DNA of 20,071 nucleotides from contig JBGATO010000064.1 in the NCBI GenBank assembly GCA_044229145.1, positions 1 through 20,071 of the forward strand, in the 5' to 3' direction. Within the stretch, counting starts at the first letter, position 1; every line of letters starts with the position of its first letter. Of this stretch, positions 14,810 through 20,071 are shown one piece after another. The DNA comes from Candidatus Eiseniibacteriota bacterium (GTDB taxonomy: Bacteria; Eisenbacteria; RBG-16-71-46; CAZEPH01). The position numbers were made by a program, and so were the translations under genes. Under the pieces are notes generated by a model. The model saw nothing but the letters and a program-made list of their open reading frames with translations. It was not told the origin of the DNA and did no database searches.

Positions 14810-16347
14810 TGCGCCGGGACGCGGCCCTCTGCGTGGCACTCGGGCTCCTGCTGCCTACGGCGGCGGATGCGGCGACGGCGCGCGTGCAGTACGTCTCGGC
14901 GTCGTACGCGTATCTCGATGCCGGCAGTGACGCCGGGATGGCGGCCGGCGACTCCGTGAGCGTCGCGCGCGGCGACACGTTGTTGCGGCTCGGCGTCGCG
15001 TTCGTGGCGGCGCACTCGGCGGCATGCGTGCTGCCGGCCGCGCCGCCGTCGCCGCGCGCCGGCGACGTCGTCACCTTCGAGCCCCACCTGCCGGCGTCGG
15101 CGCCGCGCGACACCGCGGGCGTCTCGGTGACGCCTCGGCCTCGCGGGGCGTGGGCGCCGCCGGCCCGCTGGCGCGGGGCCATCGCCGCGGGCGTGTTCGA
15201 CGCGCGGGATTCGCTCGGGAGCGCGCGATCGGTGACGATGAGCGCGGACCTGCGGCGCACCACGGCGCGCGGCGACGAGTTTGCGGTGCGTGTGCGCGGC
15301 ACACGCCCGTCCTGGAGCCGCGGCACCGATGTCGCGCTGGGCGCCGCGCCGCCCACGGCGGCAACGCGCGTGCGCGTCGCCTCGCTGCGCTATCGTCCGG
15401 CGGGCAGCGGCATCGGCGTCGAAGCGGGGCGGATGTTGCCGGCATGCCTCGAGGCGCTCGGCACTCTCGACGGCGGTGGCGTGTCGGTTCGCGCTGGTGC
15501 GGTGACCGTCGGTGCGGCCGGCGGTCGTGCCGCCGATATCCGCGTGATCGGCGAAGGTGGGGGAGGCACAGCGGCCGGCGGTTTCCTCGAGATCGCCGCC
15601 GCGCGTGGCACGCTGTTGCTCGCCGGTGGCACGCGCGCCGATAGCACCTTCACGCGCCGCCGCTTCGTCACCGTGCGGACCGCGCAGACGTGGCGGCCGT
15701 CGGTGCACCTCGCGCAAAGCATCGATGTCGACTTTGCGCCAGCGTGGCAGAAGTCGCTCGGGCAGCCCGCGACCAGCCTCACCGCGTGGTCGCTGAGCGG
15801 CGACGCCGCGCTGTCACGCCGTGTCTCGATTGGCGCCGCCGTCGACATGCGACGCACGCTGCCGACGCCGGAACTCGCCACGCTCGGCATCGTCCCGGTG
15901 CTCGACCGCGGCACCGGTGCGCGCCTCAGCTGCCGCATCGCGCTGCCGGGAGGCGCCGCGCTCCGCCTCGCGGGCAGCGATCGCGGCCGCAGCGGCGACA
16001 GCACGCACACGCGCTCCGGCGACGTCACGCTCTCGCTGGCTCGCCTGGCCGGCCGCACGCTCGCGGGCAGCGTGCACGCACTGACCTACGATGGACCGGC
16101 GGCGCACGGCACGCTTGCCGATGCGCTGCTCGCCGCTCGTGTCACCGAGGCCGTCCGCCTCGAGGCCAGCGCCGGCCTCGCCGACACGCAGGATCCGCTC
16201 GCCCGCACCGCCACGCTGCACGAGCGCTGGTTCGGCGGCGCGGCGATGCTCGAATTGCCCGGCGGCCTGTGGGCGGACCTCCGCTACCGCGCCCGCGACC
16301 AGCACAACGGCCACGACCTCACGCTCGACGCCGGCGTCCGCTTCTAG
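14809..16347 (+). CDS. putative outer-membrane beta-barrel (porin) with an N-terminal beta domain
   Basis: ATG 14809 overlaps the cytochrome TGA (TGATG). Signal peptide ends AADA, the body has alternating amphipathic strands, and the C-terminus LTLDAGVRF fits the BAM beta-signal. Confidence 0.7.
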   Translation: MRRDAALCVALGLLLPTAADAATARVQYVSASYAYLDAGSDAGMAAGDSVSVARGDTLLRLGVAFVAAHSAACVLPAAPPSPRAGDVVTFEPHLPASAPRDTAGVSVTPRPRGAWAPPARWRGAIAAGVFDARDSLGSARSVTMSADLRRTTARGDEFAVRVRGTRPSWSRGTDVALGAAPPTAATRVRVASLRYRPAGSGIGVEAGRMLPACLEALGTLDGGGVSVRAGAVTVGAAGGRAADIRVIGEGGGGTAAGGFLEIAAARGTLLLAGGTRADSTFTRRRFVTVRTAQTWRPSVHLAQSIDVDFAPAWQKSLGQPATSLTAWSLSGDAALSRRVSIGAAVDMRRTLPTPELATLGIVPVLDRGTGARLSCRIALPGGAALRLAGSDRGRSGDSTHTRSGDVTLSLARLAGRTLAGSVHALTYDGPAAHGTLADALLAARVTEAVRLEASAGLADTQDPLARTATLHERWFGGAAMLELPGGLWADLRYRARDQHNGHDLTLDAGVRF

Positions 16348-16419
16348 CGCGCCCTTCCGCGCCGCCGCCGCGCGGAGTAGGATGGCACGTCCGATCGTTT
16401 GTCCCAGGAGTGTCGTCCG

Positions 16420-17370
16420 ATGCGTGAGCTCTATCCGGCCCTCGAGCCGTACCACACCGAAATGCTGCCCATCCCGGGCACCCCGCACACGTTGTACGTC
16501 GAACAATCCGGCAATCCGCACGGCAAGCCGGTCGTGTTCGTGCACGGCGGGCCCGGCGGCGGCACCAGTCCGTCGCAGCGGCAGTTCTTCGACCCGGCGC
16601 GCTATCGCATCGTGCTGTTCGATCAGCGCGGCAGCGGCAAGTCGACGCCGCACGCGTCGCTCGAGCAGAACACGACGTGGGATCTGGTCGCCGACATGGA
16701 GCGCATCCGCGAGCACCTCGGCATCGACCGCTGGGTGGTGTTCGGCGGCAGCTGGGGCTCGACGCTGGCGCTGGCGTACGCGGAAACGCATCCGGATCGC
16801 GTCAAGGCGCTGGTGCTGCGCGGCATCTTCCTCTTGCGTCCCGAGGAGATCCGCTGGTTCTACCAGGAAGGCGCCAACTTCATCTATCCCGACGCATGGG
16901 AGCATTACCTCGAGCCGATTCCGGTCGAGGAACGCGGCGATCTCTTGCATGCCTACTATCGCCGCCTGACCAGCGACGACGCCGCGGTGCGCGCGCGCGC
17001 CGCCAAGGCGTGGAGCATCTGGGAAGGCTCGACCAGCTTCCTGTTCCAGTCGGCCGAGACCATCGCGCACTACGGCGGCGACGAATTCGCCGAGGCATTC
17101 GCGCGCATCGAGTGCCACTACTTCGTCAACCACGGCTTCTTCACGCATCCGAACCAGCTGCTCGATGGCGTCGACAAGATCCGCCACATTCCGGCGGTGA
17201 TCGCGCAGGGACGCTACGACGTCGTGTGTCCGATGATCACCGCGTGGGCGTTGCATCGCCGGTGGCCGGAAGCCGATCTGCACGTGATCCCCGACGCCGG
17301 CCACGCGGCGGTCGAGAAGGGCACCGCCAGCGTTCTGGTCGACGCCACCGATCGGTTCGCCGATCTGTAG
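16420..17370 (+). CDS. pip: proline iminopeptidase (alpha/beta hydrolase, S33)
   Basis: Motifs VHGGPGGG, FDQRGSGKSTP, FGGSWGSTLALAY, LVLRGIF, QGRYD and AGH. ATG 16420 follows CAGGAG. Confidence 0.93.
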   Translation: MRELYPALEPYHTEMLPIPGTPHTLYVEQSGNPHGKPVVFVHGGPGGGTSPSQRQFFDPARYRIVLFDQRGSGKSTPHASLEQNTTWDLVADMERIREHLGIDRWVVFGGSWGSTLALAYAETHPDRVKALVLRGIFLLRPEEIRWFYQEGANFIYPDAWEHYLEPIPVEERGDLLHAYYRRLTSDDAAVRARAAKAWSIWEGSTSFLFQSAETIAHYGGDEFAEAFARIECHYFVNHGFFTHPNQLLDGVDKIRHIPAVIAQGRYDVVCPMITAWALHRRWPEADLHVIPDAGHAAVEKGTASVLVDATDRFADL

Positions 17371-17386
17371 CGCCGAGCCCCACGGC

Positions 17387-17878
17387 GTGACGCTGTGGAT
17401 CGACGCCGATGCCGCGCCGGGCACGATGATGGAGGTCGTGTTCCGCGCGGTGAAGCGGCTGGCGCTGCCGGCGGTGATGGTCGCCAATCGGTCGTTGTGG
17501 GTGCCGCCCGGACATCCCACCGTCACCACGGTGTGCGTCGACGGCGGACTGGATGTCGCCGACCGCTACATCGCCGAGCATGCACGGCCCGGCGACGTGG
17601 CGATCACCGCCGACGTGCCGCTGGCCGCGGCGCTGGTGCCGCTACGGGTCCACGTGCTCGACCAGCGCGGCGACGTCTTCGACGACGACTCGATCGGCGA
17701 ACGGCTCTCGATGCGCAATGCGATGGACGTGTTGCGAGGCGCCGGCACCATCACCGGCGGACCGCGGCCGTACGGCCCGCGCGAACGCCAAGCCTTCGCC
17801 TCGGCACTCGACCGCACGCTGACCCGCGCAATGGCGGACGCCGCCGCTGGCCGGGTGCCGGGGCCACCGCCCTCGTAG
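17387..17878 (+). CDS. YaiI/YqxD (UPF0178) family protein
   Basis: Motifs WIDADA.P, MVAN, DVADRYI and GDVAITADVPLAA, ending GGP..Y...ERQAFASALDR. Confidence 0.88.
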   Translation: MTLWIDADAAPGTMMEVVFRAVKRLALPAVMVANRSLWVPPGHPTVTTVCVDGGLDVADRYIAEHARPGDVAITADVPLAAALVPLRVHVLDQRGDVFDDDSIGERLSMRNAMDVLRGAGTITGGPRPYGPRERQAFASALDRTLTRAMADAAAGRVPGPPPS

Positions 17879-17936
17879 ACTTTCGCCGCCGCGCGCCGAT
17901 GGCGTACACTCGGCAGCCGGCCGAAAGGGGGACAGC

Positions 17937-18518
17937 GTGACGCAGGTGGTGCAAGTGACGGTCAAGGGACTCGCGCTCGACGAACGCAGCAAGTCGCCGG
18001 TGGTGATCCTGCAGGAAGTCGGCGGCAAGCGCGCCGTCCCGATCTGGATCGGTCATGCGGAAGCGCAAGCGATCGCCAGCGAAGTCACCGGCAAGAAGTT
18101 CCAGCGCCCGCTCACGCACGACCTCATGGCCATCGTCCTCGACGGCCTCAAGGTGCGGCTCACCAAAGTCGTGATCGCCGACCTGCGCGAGAACACCTAT
18201 TACGCGCAGATCTTCCTCGAGCGCGCCAAGGAGCTGCTGGCGATCGACGCGCGGCCCTCGGACGCCATCGCGCTCGCTCTGCGCGCCAAGGCGCCCATCC
18301 TCATCAACGACGCGCTGCTCAACGGCGAAGGCGGCGAGGACGAAGTCGACGAGGACGACGAGGAAGAGGAAGACGACGACCGCGATCCCGGCGACGCGCC
18401 GCGTCCCTCGAAGAAGTCCGCGCCCGCGCACGAGCCGACGGATGAGGAGCTCGCCGAGGAGTTGCGCCGCCGTCTGAGCGAGATGAATCCCGAAGACTTC
18501 GGGAAGTTTCAGCTGTAG
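17937..18518 (+). CDS. bifunctional nuclease family protein (DUF151)
   Basis: Motifs PVVILQE....VPIWIG..EA, RPLTHDL and DARPSDAIALALR, C-terminal PEDFGKF, and an acidic linker. Confidence 0.9.
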   Translation: MTQVVQVTVKGLALDERSKSPVVILQEVGGKRAVPIWIGHAEAQAIASEVTGKKFQRPLTHDLMAIVLDGLKVRLTKVVIADLRENTYYAQIFLERAKELLAIDARPSDAIALALRAKAPILINDALLNGEGGEDEVDEDDEEEEDDDRDPGDAPRPSKKSAPAHEPTDEELAEELRRRLSEMNPEDFGKFQL

Positions 18519-18529
18519 CGGGCCGCGCG

Positions 18530-19006
18530 ATGCAAGAACTCTCCGCCCAGGACGTCCTTGCCGCGATGATCACGCCGAGCGTGTTGATCTCGGCCAGCGG
18601 CATGTTGGTGTTGTCGACATCGAACCGCCTCGGTCGCGTGGTGGACCGCGCGCGTGTGCTGGCGCGCGAGGCGGAGGCGCCGCACGACACGCACTCGGCT
18701 CGCCACGCGCGCATCGCCGACGAACTCGAGCGGCTTGCCGCGCGGGTGTTGTTGTTGCGGACGTCGATGACCGCGCTCTACGCGGCGATCGGGCTCTTCG
18801 TGTTGACGTCGATCGCCGTCGGCGTGGTGGCGTTGCTCGAGTGGCGTTACGGTTGGACGGCGGTGGCCACCGGTCTCGCCGGTGCCGGCGCGCTGCTGCA
18901 CGCCAGCGTGTTGCTGATTCGCGAGGCGCGGCTCGGCGTCACGTCGTCTCTGCGCGAGATGGACGCGGTGCGCGAGATGATCGCCCGCGGCCGCGACGCG
19001 CGCTAG
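18530..19006 (+). CDS. DUF2721-like small membrane protein
   Basis: AMITPSVLISASGMLVLSTSNRLGRVVDRAR N-terminus followed by two further TM helices. Confidence 0.75.
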   Translation: MQELSAQDVLAAMITPSVLISASGMLVLSTSNRLGRVVDRARVLAREAEAPHDTHSARHARIADELERLAARVLLLRTSMTALYAAIGLFVLTSIAVGVVALLEWRYGWTAVATGLAGAGALLHASVLLIREARLGVTSSLREMDAVREMIARGRDAR

Positions 19007-19917
19007 CCGCGCGCCTCGTCCAACGCCCGTCGCGCCGCGCGCGCTTCCTCGCGTGTGCGCGCCGCGCGCACGTGGCGCGGCACCGGCTTCAAATCCCACA
19101 CCAGCCCGATCCACGACATCGCCTTGAGCGCGTAGAACGTCGGGTCGAACTCCCACCAGAAGAACCCCTGTCGCGTCGACGCCTGGTAGAAGTGGTGGTT
19201 GTTGTGCCAGCCTTCGCCCAGCGTGATGAGCGCGAGCACCGGCGAGTTGCGTGATTCGTCGCCGGTGACGTAGCGCCGCGTGCCGATCATGTGCATCAGC
19301 GAGTTGATCGAATACGTGCCGTGGTACAGCAGCACCGTCGACAGGAAGAAGCCGATCAGCACGGTGCCGAACGCCGCTTGCAGCCGCGCCAGCGGCGTGC
19401 CGTCGTGCACCGCGAGGCCGATGGCGAACACCGCCAGCATCAACGTCGTCGCCGGCACGATGTGCCAGCGGTTCAACCAGCGCAGCTCGCGAAACTTGGC
19501 GAAGTCGGCGATGCGCTCGAAGCGCGTGCGCTTGAACTGCTCGTCGAGAATCCAGCCGACATGCGAATACCAGAAGCCGTACAGCTTGTTCGAATGCGGG
19601 TCGCGCGGCGTGTCGGAGTACAGGTGGTGATCGCGGTGATTCGCCGCCCACCACAAGACGCCCTTCTGCAGCGACGTCTGCGCCATCCACGCCAGCACGA
19701 ACTGAAACGCCCGCGAGGTGCGGAAGGACTTGTGCGAGAAGTAGCGGTGGTAAGACGCCGTGACGAAGAACATCCGCCCGACGTACAGCGCGCCGCACAC
19801 GATCCAGTCGAGCGGCTTGGCGCCGGTCCACAGCGCCGCGATCGGCGCCAGATGCACGAGCAGGAACCCCAGGTCGCGGGGAAGCTTCACGGAACCATCT
19901 CGACGCATGGCGTTCAA
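19003..19917 (-). CDS. membrane fatty-acid (acyl-CoA delta-9-like) desaturase
   Basis: His boxes YHRYFSH, HRDHH and GEGWHNNHH, plus DPHS, SHVGW and INSLMH. Start is TTG 19917 (GGTGAG upstream) or ATG 19908. Confidence 0.92.
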   Translation of the reverse strand: MNAMRRDGSVKLPRDLGFLLVHLAPIAALWTGAKPLDWIVCGALYVGRMFFVTASYHRYFSHKSFRTSRAFQFVLAWMAQTSLQKGVLWWAANHRDHHLYSDTPRDPHSNKLYGFWYSHVGWILDEQFKRTRFERIADFAKFRELRWLNRWHIVPATTLMLAVFAIGLAVHDGTPLARLQAAFGTVLIGFFLSTVLLYHGTYSINSLMHMIGTRRYVTGDESRNSPVLALITLGEGWHNNHHFYQASTRQGFFWWEFDPTFYALKAMSWIGLVWDLKPVPRHVRAARTREEARAARRALDEARG

Positions 19918-19954
19918 CGAATCTCACCGGTCAGCGGCCAACTCAGGAGCCCGT

Positions 19955-19960
19955 ACTATA
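19955..19960 (-). promoter_or_regulatory. possible -10 element for the desaturase
   Basis: TATAGT on the minus strand about 40 nt upstream of the start, in otherwise very GC-rich DNA. No convincing -35. Confidence 0.3.
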
Positions 19961-20071
19961 CCCCTCCGATCCGCCTCCCCAGGCGTCCATTCCCGGCCAA
20001 CGTCCGACGGGGGCGCGGCGGGGCGCCAGCGGGGGTGTCGGCGGCAAGTGCGGCCACGGATGGCCACACGC

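Noticed and set aside
18330..18385. GAG/GAC-rich low-complexity tract
   Set aside because: It simply encodes an acidic linker (EDEVDEDDEEEEDDD) in the DUF151 protein.

Overview
A GC-rich bacterial window, probably from a diderm: it has an outer-membrane beta-barrel gene, gmhA and spoVG. The gene order suggests an FCB-related or candidate-phylum lineage, which is inference only. Bases 1-10925 are a + strand housekeeping block: rmlD (partial), gmhA, a UbiA-family decaprenyl-phosphate phosphoribosyltransferase-like gene, ispE, spoVG, a tRNA-Gln-like element, prs, rplY, pth, rpsF, ssb, rpsR, DUF2232, rplI and a tandem-parvulin/TPR foldase, followed by a strong hairpin. Bases 11276-16347 are four overlapping genes: a membrane-anchored ferredoxin/NAD(P)H flavoprotein, a di-heme cytochrome b-like membrane protein, a 16-heme cytochrome c and an outer-membrane beta-barrel. 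Together they look like a complete electron conduit from cytoplasm to cell surface. The window ends with pip, a YaiI-family gene, a DUF151 nuclease, DUF2721 and a convergent fatty-acid desaturase. The main oddities are that conduit, with its circularly permuted TrxB/YpdA-like flavoprotein, and a 52-nt tRNA-Gln lacking its whole anticodon arm behind a structured leader. There is also a near-consensus promoter inside ispE and a probable CTG start for rpsF.
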